DNA of 64,000 bases from Mobula hypostoma. Taxonomy: Eukaryota. Every line of letters begins with the position of its first letter. Within the stretch, counting starts at the first letter, position 1. The stretch covers positions 2,542,001 through 2,606,000 of the forward strand of contig NC_086108.1 in assembly GCF_963921235.1 (NCBI RefSeq), read 5' to 3'. Positions 51,230 through 62,950 of the stretch are shown one piece after another. The notes below the pieces were generated by a model that was not told the origin of the DNA, did not search any database, and worked only from the letters and a program-made list of their open reading frames with translations. Position numbers and translations under genes: made by a program.

Positions 51230-51990
51230 AAATTCTGCAGATGCTGGAGATCCAGAGCAAATCACACAAAATCCTGCAGGTCAGACAGCATCTATGGAGA
51301 GGAATAAACACTCGAGATTTAAGACCATGACTGGAATGGGGAAGATCCAGAATAATATGGTGAGGGAAAGGGAAGGAGGATAGCTGGAAGGTGATAGGTG
51401 AAGCCAGGTGGGTGGGAAAAGTGAAGGGCTGGAAAGGAAGGAATCTGATGGGAGAGGAGAATGGACCGCAGAAGAAAGTGAAGGAGAGGACCCCAGGAGA
51501 CGTGATAGGTAGGTGAGAAGAGGTAAGAGGCCAGAGTGAGGAACAGAAGAAGAGGGGAGGAGGAGGGAATTTTTTTACTGGAAGGAGAAATTGATATTCA
51601 AACCATCAGGTTGGAGGCTACCCCGATAAAATATAAGGTGTTTCTCCTCCACCTTGAGGGTGGCCTCATCTTGGCACAAGAGGAGGCCATGGGCTGACAT
51701 GTTTGGAACGGGAATGAGAATCAGATTAAAATGTTTGGCCACCAGGAAGCCCCACTTGTGGTGGATGGTACGGAGGTGCTCGACGAAGCGGTTCCCCAAT
51801 TTATAACAGGTCTCAGCAATGTAGAGGAGGAGGCTGCATCAGGAGCACCAGACACAATAGTTGACCCCAGAAAGACTGGGGTCTCGCCTGGAAGGACTGT
51901 TTGGGGCCCTGAATGGAGGAGAGGGATGAGGAGAATGGGCAGGTGTAGCACTTTGGCCGCATGCAGGGATAAGTGCCAGCAGGAAGATTA
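51230..51990 (-). mobile_element. Penelope-like GIY-YIG fragment plus pLTR
   Basis: GVNYCVWCS; GNRFVEHLRTI...VAKHFN...EEKHLIFYRGSLQPDGLNINFS. Confidence 0.8.
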
Positions 51991-52443
51991 GTGGGGAGGG
52001 ACGATTGACAAGGTGATTGAACACATAGATAATCGAGTCACAAGAACCACACAGCACAAATAGCAGTGTGGGGCACCACAGTCAGCATAGTGGTTAGCTG
52101 GCACTATCGCAGCTTGGACTGTCAGGAATTCAGAGTTCAAATCCTGCCACTGCCTGTGAGAAGTTTTTGTATGTCCTTCCCGTGACCACATGGGTTTCCT
52201 CCAGGTGCTCTGGTTTCCTCCCACAGTCCAAAGACATACCGGTTTGGAGGTTCATTTGTCCTTGTAACTTGTCCCGTGATTGGGCTAGGGCAGTGATTCC
52301 CAATAGAGGCAGGCAGTGCTGCAACCTCGCCACCCCTGAAGGGGGTGGTTATGTGTCCTTAAGGGGCATTAGGAGAAATAGAAGTTGTTGGGGGCATTCA
52401 AGATTATTGGGGGGGGGCAGTAAGCAGCACCCTAACTTGAGAC

Positions 52444-52960
52444 TTCTAGGGTGCATCACAATCTGGTATGGAAGTCGTCCTGTCCAAGACTGGAAGAAGC
52501 TGCAGAAGATCGTGAACACAGCCCAGCACATCACACAAACCAATCTTCCGTCCTTGGACTCACTTTACACTGCACACTGTCGGAGCAGTGCTGCCAGGAT
52601 AATCAAGGACACCACCCACCCAGCCAACACACTGTTCGTCCCTCTTCCCTCCGGGAGAAGGCTCAGGAGCTTGAAGACTCGTACGGCCAGATTTGGGAAC
52701 AGCTTCTTTCCAACTGTGATAAGACTGCTGAACGGATCCTGACCCGGATCTGGGCCGTACCCTCCAAATATCCGGACCTGCCTCTTGGTTTTTTTGCACT
52801 ACCTTACTTTCGCTTTTCTATTTTCTATTTATGATTTATAATTTAAATGTTTAATATTTACTATCGATTTGTACTCCAGGGAGCGGGAAGCGCAGAATGA
52901 AATATCGCTGTGATGATTGTATGTTCTGTATCAATTGTTTGGCGACAATGACGTATGAAG
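52444..52960 (+). mobile_element. Rex1 3' fragment, same young subfamily as 33820-37712
   Basis: Nearly identical to 37192-37712 including the 3' UTR. Confidence 0.9.
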
Positions 52961-52964
52961 TGTA

Positions 52965-53885
52965 AAGAAGTGCTCACACTGTTCTCAAAATGGATACCAG
53001 TATTTTAAAATCAATTCCTCTGAGATAAACTCTGTAGCTCATCATATTGATGAGATGAGTGAAGATATTCAGTATCAACTATGTACAGAGCTACAGAAAA
53101 CAGAATTTGGGACACAACTGCTTGAGTTAACTGTGCGAGACAACAAGGCATTGCTAATGGCATATGGCCAGTTGATCAAAAATGGAAAAGTTTATGAAGA
53201 GATACTCTTTTGTAAAATGCTTAAAATCAACAGAGAGTCAATCTACAACGAGCTCAAAATGTATGTTGAGGATAAAAGTATTCTGATTAGGAACATGGTT
53301 TCTTGTGTAATAGATGGAGCACCGTATATGACAGATCGCCATGCTGGTTTACCAGCAATCCATTGTGCAATTCATCGTCAACATCTCACAGCCAAAAACC
53401 TTAGCTAGTGACTTCTTCAAGAATGAGTCTTGTAATATCTGCTATCAACAAAATTCAAGCTCATCCATTAAATAGCAGGATAGTCCACCAGTTACGTCAA
53501 GATAATGGTGAAGAGTTTGAATGCTCGCTTCTTCACACTGAAGCACATTGTCTGTCAAAAGGCTGCTGCCAAAAATGCTTCTTTGATTTTTTTTGATACT
53601 GTGGTTGAATTTTTGCTCAAAGTGAACAAGAACCTGGAAGCAAAATTGAACTTCGATGAAGATTTGATATACCTAGCTGATCTCTATGACAAAATGAACA
53701 TTCTAAATATGAAACTGCGGGATGAGAATTTCAATTTAATCCAGGCAAAAAGTGCAGTGTTCACTTTCATCAGAAAATTGAAAATATATAAGCAAGACAT
53801 TGGGAGAAGAATGTTCTCACAGGTTCCCTACATGGAAAGTACGGCACTCTCTTTCACAGACAGTGATTTGCAAGAGTACTGCTAG
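52965..53885 (+). pseudogene. hAT (Charlie/Buster-like) transposase fragment
   Basis: IDEMSEDIQYQL, DGAPYM, IHCAIHRQHL, YLADLYDKMNILNMKL; stops and frameshifts; no TIRs seen. Confidence 0.85.
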
Positions 53886-54945
53886 ATTACTCTGTTGGAG
53901 GGAAATAAGGGACTGTTATGTTTTATGTTTGACTGAGATGTGGCTTTCTCCCAGCACATTAGATACAGCAGTCAAACCAGAGGGCTTCTCCATTTTCCGT
54001 ATGGACTGAACTGCTGATTCGGAAAAGGCAAAAGGTGGAGGTGAGTGTTTCACGATACATTTTTGGTGGTGTCCTGATGTGGTGGTTTTGTCAAACTCAT
54101 GCTCCCCTGATCTTAAACACACAATGGTCAAGTGCTTCCCATTTTATTTACCTAGGGAGTTCTCCTCCACAATCCTGATTGCAGTTTACATTCCACCAGT
54201 GGCCGAGTATAATCAAGCATTTGAGATACTGCATGAGCCTATCTCCAAACATGAAACAGCCCATCCCATCGCATTTCAAATCAGTGCTGGACACCTCAAC
54301 CAGGTTTGTTTGAAGTAAACCCTGTCCAATTACCATCAGCATATGACCTGTAGCACCAGAGGTCCCAACACACTAGATCACTGTATACTAAGACAAGGAA
54401 CGCCATGTCCAGATAGCATTTTGGTAAATTGGATCACTTGGCTGTCCTTTTCCTGCCCGCATACAGGCAGAGGATAAGGAGCAAAACTCCAGAGATTAGG
54501 ACAAGGAAAGAGGTGGGAGGTAGAGGAGTGGTTTGCTTTGAGTCAGTGGATGGGCCATGTTCAAGGACTCATCTGAGGATCTGAATGGATACACCATGCT
54601 TGTCATGAATTTCATAAAAACAGTCCTAGATGAGTATGTCCACACAAAATCGTTCAGAGTCTTCACCAATCAGAAGCTTTGGAGGAACCATGAGCTCTGC
54701 AATCTGCTGAGAGTCAGATCAGAGGCATTCAAGTCTGGTGACCGAGAGAGTTACAGCAGGTCCAGGCAAAGTGGCAATTCTGGACTAAACGTGAATCAGC
54801 AAAGGATGCTCGACAGTTGTGGCAGTGCTTGAATACTATCACCTCTTATAAAGTTAAATCAAGCGACATAGGAGACAGCAAGACTTCACTCCACATTAGC
54901 TCAATGCCTTCTATACTCACTTTGACCATCAAAACATGAAGATCA
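53886..54945 (+). mobile_element. Degenerate Rex1 endonuclease-region fragment
   Basis: REIRDCYVLCLTEMWL, PFYLPREFSSTILIAVYIPP. Confidence 0.8.
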
Positions 54946-55588
54946 AATTCAATCACCTCAATCCTCAATATCAAAGTATGTATATATTACCATATACTCC
55001 CTTGAAATTAATTTTTGTGGGAAATATAGGAAAATAAAGAAGTACAGTAGAATAAACAAAAAGGCATACATAAAGAAAGACTGAAAAACAACCAGTGTGC
55101 AAAAGAAGACAAATTATGTAAATTGGCAATGCCTTAAAAAGGCAGCATTGGTCACTAAGGACCCCCATCACCCAGGACATGTCTTGTTCTCATTGTGACC
55201 ATCAGGGAGGAGGTACAGGAGCCTCACCACCCAGGATGTGCCCTCTTCTCATTGCTACCATCAGGGAGGATTACAGAAGCCTGAAGACACACACTCAATG
55301 ATTCAGGAACAGCTTCTTCCCCTCTGCTATCAGATTTCTGAATGGGCATTGAACCCATGAACACTACCTCATGACTTTTTCCTCTCATTTTGCATGTCTT
55401 TCTTAATTTAATTTTGTTTTATTACATATATATTTCTTAATGCATTTATAGTTTTTTATTATTATGTATTGCAATGTACTGCAGCTGCAAAACAAATTTC
55501 ACAACATATGCCAATGATATTGATACCTGATTCTGATAAAGAAGAATCCTTGAAAGTGAGTCTGAACTCGTGGAATCAGTTCAGAGTT

Positions 55589-55950
55589 GTGAGTGAAGTT
55601 ATCCACACTGGTTCAGGAGCCTGATGGTTGTGGGGTAACAACTGTTCCTGAACCTGGTGGTGTGGGACCTGAGGCTCATTGTGGTGAGTGAAGTTATCCA
55701 CACTGGTTCAGGAGCCTGATGGTTGTGGGGTAATAACTGTTCCTGAACCTGGTGGTGTGGGACCTGAGGCTCATTGTGGTGAGTGAAGTTATCCACACTG
55801 GTTCAGGAGCCTGATGGTTGAGGGGTAATAACTGTTCCTGAACCTGGTGGTGTGGGACCTGAGGCTCATTGTGGTGAGTGAAGTTATCCACACTGGTTCA
55901 GGAGCCTGATGGTTGTGGGGTAATAACTGTTCCTGAACCTGGTGGTGTGG
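55589..55950. repeat. 95-bp tandem repeat (about 3.8 copies) made from a Rex1-like 3' end
   Basis: GTGAGTGAAGTTATCCACACTGGTTCAGGAGCC...GGGACCTGAGGCTCATTGTG repeated; identical ORFs offset by 95 nt. Confidence 0.9.
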
Positions 55951-58322
55951 GGTCTAGGGCTCCTGTACCTCCTGCAGAATGGTAGCAGTGAGAAGAGAGC
56001 ATGGTCTGGATGACGGGGACTTTGATGATAAAGTTGCTTTCTTGTGGCAGAGCTCCATGTAAATGTGCTCAATTTCTCCAGCGTTTTGTGTGTCGCTTTT
56101 GGGGTTCCCCAGTGTTATTCCTCTCCGCGACATGGCGCACCAAGCGGCAACCTGCCGTTTCTTTTTGTCTTTTTTTTTACGAGACCGAGTTGCTAGCTCG
56201 ACTCTCAACCCAGCACGGATGGAAAGCGTGCAAGGAGCCGGCTGGGTTCAAACCCACACCACTCACCCTGAAGTCCGGTGCTGATTCCCCGGCCTGCTTA
56301 ACCCATGGACCGATGCCATTAAGCAAAGGGTAAATATCGCCTGCTTTCAGTGGGATATTTATCATATTACTGTGTAAATAATTTAACGTGTTATAATTTA
56401 AAATAGGAATAACAGGCCGGAAAATCTAGCCCGGTTGCGCCAAACTCTCAGACGTGCTGGTTTATCGGAGTTATCAGTTACTTTGAACTGATTTCTTCTC
56501 TCCCAGTTTCCCTTTAACAACTGTGTCTGAACCCTTGTTAATTTCACCCTAATTCCCACATCCTGTCGCATCAGATGCCGGCTGGGGACACTGGATCGTC
56601 GGAGAGTGGAAGAGGAATACTGGCCGGCGATCCCTCCGACCACACGGGGGCGGCGTTTCCCCTACTTCGCTCACGGGATGCGGGGGTCACTAGCCGTACC
56701 ACCGCCTACTGTCCGTCGGCGCTCCCACTGACCGGACCCGTAGCTGGGCTGTCCAGAGGCGGTTAGGAGGGAGTCAGCTGGCTGCGTAGCTGCTCATAGA
56801 GCGAATAACATTTTTTAAAAATTTGTCCTGACTCGGGGCATCCACAGTCAAAGTCAGAGTAAAGTTTATCATCACAGTGTCTTGCATATACAACCGAGCT
56901 ACATTTTCCTAGTGGAATTAGAATGGGGTTCGATATCACCGGTACATCTCGTGAAATTTGTTGTGTTTGTGGCGCAGTTCAGTGCGATAGACAATAATAG
57001 AAAAAGGACTGGGAAATACAGAATATATATATAATAGTTAAACTAAATAAGGAGTGCAAAAAAAACAAAAGAGTAGTGAGATAGTGTGGAGTCAGCCCGA
57101 AACGTCGACTGTACTTTTTTTCCCCCCATAATTGCCGCCTGGCTTGCTGAGCTCCTCCAGCATTTTGTGTTGCTCGGATTTCGGGCATCTGCAGATTTTC
57201 TCTTGTTTGTCAGGTAGTGTTGACGGGTTCAATGTCCATTCAGAAATCTGCTGGCAGAGGGGAAGAAGCTGTTCCTGAATCACTGAGTGTGTGTCTTCAG
57301 GCTCCTGTCCCTCCTCCCTGATGGTAACAATGAGAATAGGGCATGTCTTGGGTGATGGAGGAGTGGTCCTTAATGATGGAAAAACTATACAGAAACAGCT
57401 GACCAATGTGCAAAAGAAGACAGATTGTGCAATTAAAAAAATACCGAGAACATGAGTCGTGGCGTCGTTGAAAGTGAGTGTGTAGGTTGTAGAATCCGCT
57501 CAGAGTTCTGGCAAGTTAAGTATCCGTGTTGGTTCGGGAGCCCGGTGGCTGTTGTGTAATAACTTCCTGAACCTGCTGGTGTGGGACCCAAGGCTCAGTT
57601 AGTCCTGATGGACTAGAGAGAAGAGAGATGGTGGAGGGGCCTTCTTGTGGCACCATTCCTCGCAGATGTGCTCAGTGGTGGGGCAGCCACCCTCCCCCTC
57701 ATCTGGCCTCACCTGTCCCCTGCCAGCTTCCACTCCTTCCCTCTTATTCTCCTCCAACCCCCTTCCAGTCCTCGGCCCAAAACGTTGCCTGTTTATTCCC
57801 CTTCACAGATGCTGCCTGACAACCTCCGGCACTTGTGTGTGTGTTGCTCTCTCACCCAGGACGAGCTGGTCACAAAAGATCTAGGGCAGGATTTGATCTC
57901 ATTTCGTCTCCCTCGTTGTGATGAGGGCATTGCATCAAGATCACAAGACAGTTTGCGGATGCTGGAAATCCAGAGCAACACACACAAAATGCCGGAGGAG
58001 CTTAGCAGGTCAGGCAGCATCTATGGAAATGAGTAAACAGTCAACATTTCAGACTGAGACCCTCCAACAGTACTGGAAAGGAAGGGGAAGATGTCAGAAA
58101 AAGAAGGGTGGAGATGGGAGGGGAAGGAGGCTAGCCGGAAGGTGATGGGTGAAGCCAGGTGGTGGGAAAGGTCAAGGGCTGAAGAAGAAGGAATCTGATA
58201 GGACAGGAGAATGGACCATAGGAGATAGGGAAGGAGGAGGGGACCCGGGGGAAGTAATAGGCAGTGAGAAGAAGTGAAATGTCAGAGTGGGGTGGGGATT
58301 TGTTTACTGGATGGACACATCG

Positions 58323-59022
58323 ATTTATGGTTTTATTACTATTTATTATTTATTGTGCAACTGTAACAAAAACCAATTTCCCCCGGGATCAATAAAGTAT
58401 AACTATGACTAAACTGGACGGGTCAAAGAACACTGAGGCTGTCTACAAGAAGGGTCAGAGCCGTCTCTATTTCCTGAGGAGACTGATGTCCTTTAACATC
58501 TGCCGGACGATGCTGAGGATGTTCTATGAGTCTGTGGTGGCCAGTGCTATCATGTTTGCTGTTGTGTGCTGGGGCAGCAGGCTGAGGGTAGCAGACACCA
58601 ACAGAATCAACAAACTCATTCGTAAGGCCAGTGATGTTGTGGGGATGAAACTGGACTCTCTCACGGTGGTGTCTGAAAAGAGGATGCTGTCTAAGTTGCA
58701 TGCCATCTTGGACAATGTCTCCCATCCACTACATAATGTACTGGTTGGGCACAGGAGTACATTCAGCCAGAGACTCATTCCACCGAGATGCAACACAGAG
58801 CGTCATAGGAAGTCATTCCTGCCTGTGGCCATCAAACTTTACAACTCCTCCCTTGGAGGGTCAGACACCCTGAGCCAATAGGCTGGTCCTGAACTTAATT
58901 CCTGGCATAATTTGCATATTACTATTTAACTATTTATGGTTTTATTACTATTTATTATTTATGGAGCAACTGTAACGAAAACCAATTTCCCCCGGGATCA
59001 ATAAAGTATGACTATGACTATG
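58323..59022 (+). mobile_element. Rex1/Babar 3' fragment with duplicated 3' tail, inserted in a Penelope remnant (57950-58322, 59022-59460)
   Basis: Open ORF 58405-58881 (KKGQSRLYFLRRL...RKSFLPVAIKLYN); tail AATAAAG(TATGAC)n at both about 58390-58411 and 59000-59022. Confidence 0.85.
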
Positions 59023-59499
59023 CCATCAGGCTGGAAGGTGCCTAGATAGTATACTAGGTAATGGTGGAGGAACTCGGCAGGCCAGGCAGCATCTATGGAA
59101 AAATAAACAGTCGCTGATTCAGGCCGAGACCCTGCTTCAGGACTGAGAAGGAAGGGGAGACGTCTGTGTCAGAAGATGGGGCGGGGAGGAAGAATTACAG
59201 GGTGGCAGGTGATAGGGGAAACCGGGAGAGGGGGAGTGGGGTGAAGTGAAGAGCTGGGAATTCGATTGGTGAAAAAGATAAAGGGCTGGAGAGGGGGGAA
59301 TCTGACAGGAGCGGCCAGAAGATCACGGGAGATACGGAAGGTCGAGGAGCACCAGGGGGAGATGATGGGCAAGCAAGAAGAGACGGTGTGAGAGGGAAAC
59401 AAGAAAGGGGAATGGTGAAGGAGAGGAGGGGCAGTCACTGGAAGTTCACGCCGTCAATATGAAGTGTTGGTCCTCTAGCCCGGGGCTGGACATTGTCAC

Positions 59500-59780
59500 C
59501 AGCGGCGAGGCAGACTTCAAGCCTTCGCAGCCCATTGGACCGTGAGGGCAGAGGTAGCAGTGACGTCACTCCAGCATGTGAGAGGGACGCCCACGGAAAT
59601 CCACGTGGGTGGGCGTGGCCCGCGGGTGTTGCAACCCTTTGCGGGTCACGTGGCCGCGCTAATATGTTTGTTACACGGCGACCAAGAAATAAAAGCTGGG
59701 GGCAGACCCCGGTGAGGGTCCCGAGAATGTTCTGGGTGGCGCCCCCCGGATCGGCAGCTGGTCGGGGCGCATTGTGTGAC
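59500..59780 (+). promoter_or_regulatory. CpG-island promoter: reverse CCAAT, full CRE, E-boxes, GC box
   Basis: ATTGG 59534; AGTGACGTCACT 59559-59570; CCACGTGG 59601; GGGCGTGG 59611; GTTGCAAC 59628; GTCACGTGGC 59645; high CpG density in non-repeat DNA. Confidence 0.7.
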
Positions 59781-60038
59781 AGGAGGCAAAAATCAGACTT
59801 TGCACCTCGTTGGAGTGGGAGCGTTGAAAGCGATTAGCTATTAACATGGGCTGGGATGACTGAGTTTCTTTATCATTCGTCTCGGAGCCTCCTTCCCTTT
59901 TAGACATTAGGTAAGACCGTCAGTAGCTTTTCCGAGCTGGTCAGTCATGCTGCGGCGCCCAGGGAAACGGTTAGGAGTGTGCTTAAACGGCAAGAAAAGG
60001 AAGAAGTTAAACTTTGTGGTCTTCGCAGAACTCTGCAG
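59780..60038 (+). other. Probable non-coding first exon(s) of a downstream gene
   Basis: Two strong donors AG|GTAAGAC at 59911 and 60039 just downstream of the promoter motifs. Confidence 0.5.
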
Positions 60039-60346
60039 GTAAGACTAGGTTGCCTCTCGCTACTTTGCTGAAGTATCAGTCGCTGCTTTATAAACTCTAG
60101 TACTGCCACGGTCTACGCATGTGAATGTTTCTCCTGCCAAGATACGGACTTGGACTTCCAGATGGAATTGATGAGTGGGTTAATAGTGAGCTCGTGGTCG
60201 GAATATGGGGGAAAACGATGCCGCTTTGTGCACAGCTAGTACTGATGGCAGGATAAAAGTTGGCTGGAACGATGTACGCGATCGAATGAAATGGGGCAGA
60301 GGTACAAGGTGCAAGACTCACACCAGCAGGTTCAGGAACAGCTGGG

Positions 60347-60382
60347 AGTCCTGATGAAGGGTCTCCGACCGAAACGTCGACT
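60347..60382 (+). ncRNA. Hammerhead motif in a pLTR (variant stem II)
   Basis: agtc-CTGATGA-ag-ggtc tcc gacc-GAAA-cgtc-gact. Confidence 0.55.
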
Positions 60383-60706
60383 GTTTACTCGTTTCCCTAG
60401 ATGCTGCCTGAGCTGCTGAGTTCCTCCAGCGCCTTGTGTGTGTGTTGCTCTGGATTTCCAGCATCTGAAGATTTTCTTGTGGATTGCTTCACTGACCTGT
60501 TTCCGCAACCTATGGACTCGCTCTCAACTCCTGTTCTTCATTACTTATTTTCATTTGCACAGTTTGTATTTTTTTAACACATTGGTTGTTTGTCAGTCTT
60601 TGTTTATGTACAGTTTTTCATAAAATGTATTTTTTATTATGCCTGTAAGATAGTGAAGCAGAATATGGAAACATAAACACAAGAGATTCTGCAGATGCTG
60701 GAAATC

Positions 60707-61537
60707 CAGAGTAACACACACAAAATGCTGGAGGAACTCAGCAGGTCAGACAGTGTCGATGGTCAGAGTAACACACACAGAATGCTGGAGGAACTCAGCA
60801 GGTCAGACAGTGTCGATGGTCAGAGTAACACACACAAAATGCTGGAGGAACTCAGCAGGACAGACAGTGTCGATGGTCAGAGTAACACACACAAAATGCT
60901 GGAGGAACTCAGCAGGTCAGACAGTGTCGATGGTCAGAGTAACACACACAAAATGCTGGAGGAACTCAGCAGGTCAGACAGTGTCGATGGTCAGAGTAAC
61001 ACACACAAAATGCTGGAGGAACTCAGCAGGTCAGACAGTGTCGATGGTCAGAGTAACACACACAAAATGCTGGAGGAACTCAGCAGGTCAGACAGTGTCG
61101 ATGGTCAGAGTAACACACACAAAATGCTGGAGGAACTCAGCAGGTCAGACAGTGTCGATGGTCAGAGTAACACACACAAAATGCTGGAGGAACTCAGCGG
61201 GTCAGACAGTGTCGATGGTCAGAGTAACACACACAAAATGCTGGAGGAACTCAGCAGGTCAGACAGTGTCGATGGTCAGAGTAACACACACAAAATGCTG
61301 GAGGAACTCAGCAGGTCAGACAGTGTCGATGGTCAGAGTAACACACACGAAATGCTGGAGGAACTCAGCAGGTCAGACAGTGTCGATGGTCAGAGTAACA
61401 CACACGAAATGCTGGAGGAACTCAGCAGGTCAGACAGTGTCGATGGACAGAGTAACACACACGAAATGCTGGAGGAACTCAGCAGGTCAGACAGTGTCGA
61501 TGGTCAGAGTAACACACACGAAATGCTGGAGGAACTG
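60707..61537. repeat. 57-bp minisatellite, about 14.6 near-identical copies, inside a Penelope pLTR end
   Basis: Unit CAGAGTAACACACACAAAATGCTGGAGGAACTCAGCAGGTCAGACAGTGTCGATGGT; Penelope sequence continues on both sides (60670-60706, 61538-61980). Confidence 0.95.
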
Positions 61538-62419
61538 AGTGGGCAGGCAGCATCTTATGGAAATGAATAGAAATCCGGCGTTTAAAGCTGAGAGTGGAGA
61601 GGAAATGGGAAGACGCCGGAATAAGAGGGGAGGGGAAGAAGGATGACTGGAAGGTGACAGGTGAGGCCAGGTGGGTGGGAGGGTAAGGGGCTGGAGAGGA
61701 AGGACTCTGATAGGAGAGGAGAGTGGACAGTAGGAGGAGGGGCAGCAGGGAGGTGGGAGGAGGTAAAAGACAAGAGTGTGAAATAAAAGACAGAGGTGTA
61801 TTTTTAACCAGAAGGAGAAATCGATCATGCTATCGGTTTGGAGGCTACCCCGACGGAGGTAGCCACAAGGTGTTGCTCCTCCACTCTGAGGGTGGCCTCA
61901 TGTTGGGACTAAAGGAGGCCGTGAACCGACATGTCGGAACGGGACATGGAATCGGAATTGATATGTTTGGCGGCTACTTTGATCATGAAATTACTCTCAG
62001 TTTGGGATGGTTCCGTGGGGCAGGTCGGGCTCGATGTAATGTTAAATTGGTTTAGCATTGCTGTGTGCACTGAGGTAGAGTGGGAAAGCTGTTTTGGTAA
62101 GCGGTCCTTGCAGATCATTTCATCACATTAGCGCGAGGGGAAATAAACAAAATGAGATTTGGATAACAAATTTGGGGGTGATATCAAGATTAGGGGTGTA
62201 GTTGATAGTGAAGAAGACTATCATGGCTTGCAGCAGGATCTGGACCAGCTGAAGAAATGGGTCGAAATAAGATGGCAGATGGAATTTAATGCGGACAAGT
62301 GCGAGGTGTTGCACTTCGGTCGGACCAACCAGGGTAGGTCTTACACAGTGAACGGGAGGGCGCTGAGGAGTGTGAGTACCTACGGGAAAGATGTGCAGAA
62401 GGTTGAAAGAGTACAGACC

Positions 62420-62950
62420 CGTTGTGCATTCAGGGATGTTGATCTGTACACCACTGTTGTAAATGTGTGGTTATTTGCCTTCTGGTCAGCTTGACCTCTT
62501 CTGGCCATTCTCCTCCGTCCTCTCATTAACAAGGTGTTTTTGTCCACAAAGCTGCCACTCACTGGATGCTTATTTGCACCATTCTGTTAACCCTCGAGCA
62601 GGGGGTTTCCAACCTTCTTTATGCCCTGCCCCCCCCCCCACCATTACCATGAACCGCTGCTAACTGGATGTTTTTTTTTCACACCATTCTCTGTAAACTC
62701 TAGAGACTGTTGTAAGAGAGCAGCAGTTTCTAAGATATTCAAACCACCCCATCTGGCACCAACAATTACTGCACGGTCAAAGTCACTTCGATCACATTTC
62801 TTCCTCATTCTGATATTTGGTTTGAACGGCAACTGAACCTCTTGACGATGCCGGCAAGCTTTTATGCACAGAGCTGCTGCCACATGATTTGCTGATTAGA
62901 TATTTGCATTAAGGAGCAGATGTACCTAATAAAGTGGGCACTGAGTGTAC
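62420..62950 (-). mobile_element. Tc1-like remnant with an hAT MITE fragment inside
   Basis: MRKKCDRSDFDRAVIVGARWGGLNILETAALL; end TACCTAATAAAGTGGGCACTGAGTGTA. Confidence 0.7.

Noticed and set aside
52965..53885. Possible domesticated hAT gene (ZBED/SCAND3-like)
   Set aside because: Multiple stops and frameshifts, truncated on both sides by LINE fragments
56630..56660. CCGACCACACGGGG resembles the 3' end of RNase MRP RNA
   Set aside because: The following CTCATTCTC-type motif and the upstream GAAAGTCCCC P4 partner are absent
60695..61570. 291-aa and 261-aa repetitive ORFs, or a CRISPR-like array
   Set aside because: Pure 57-bp tandem repeat with no variable spacers, derived from the antisense of a Penelope pLTR; the ORFs follow from the unit length
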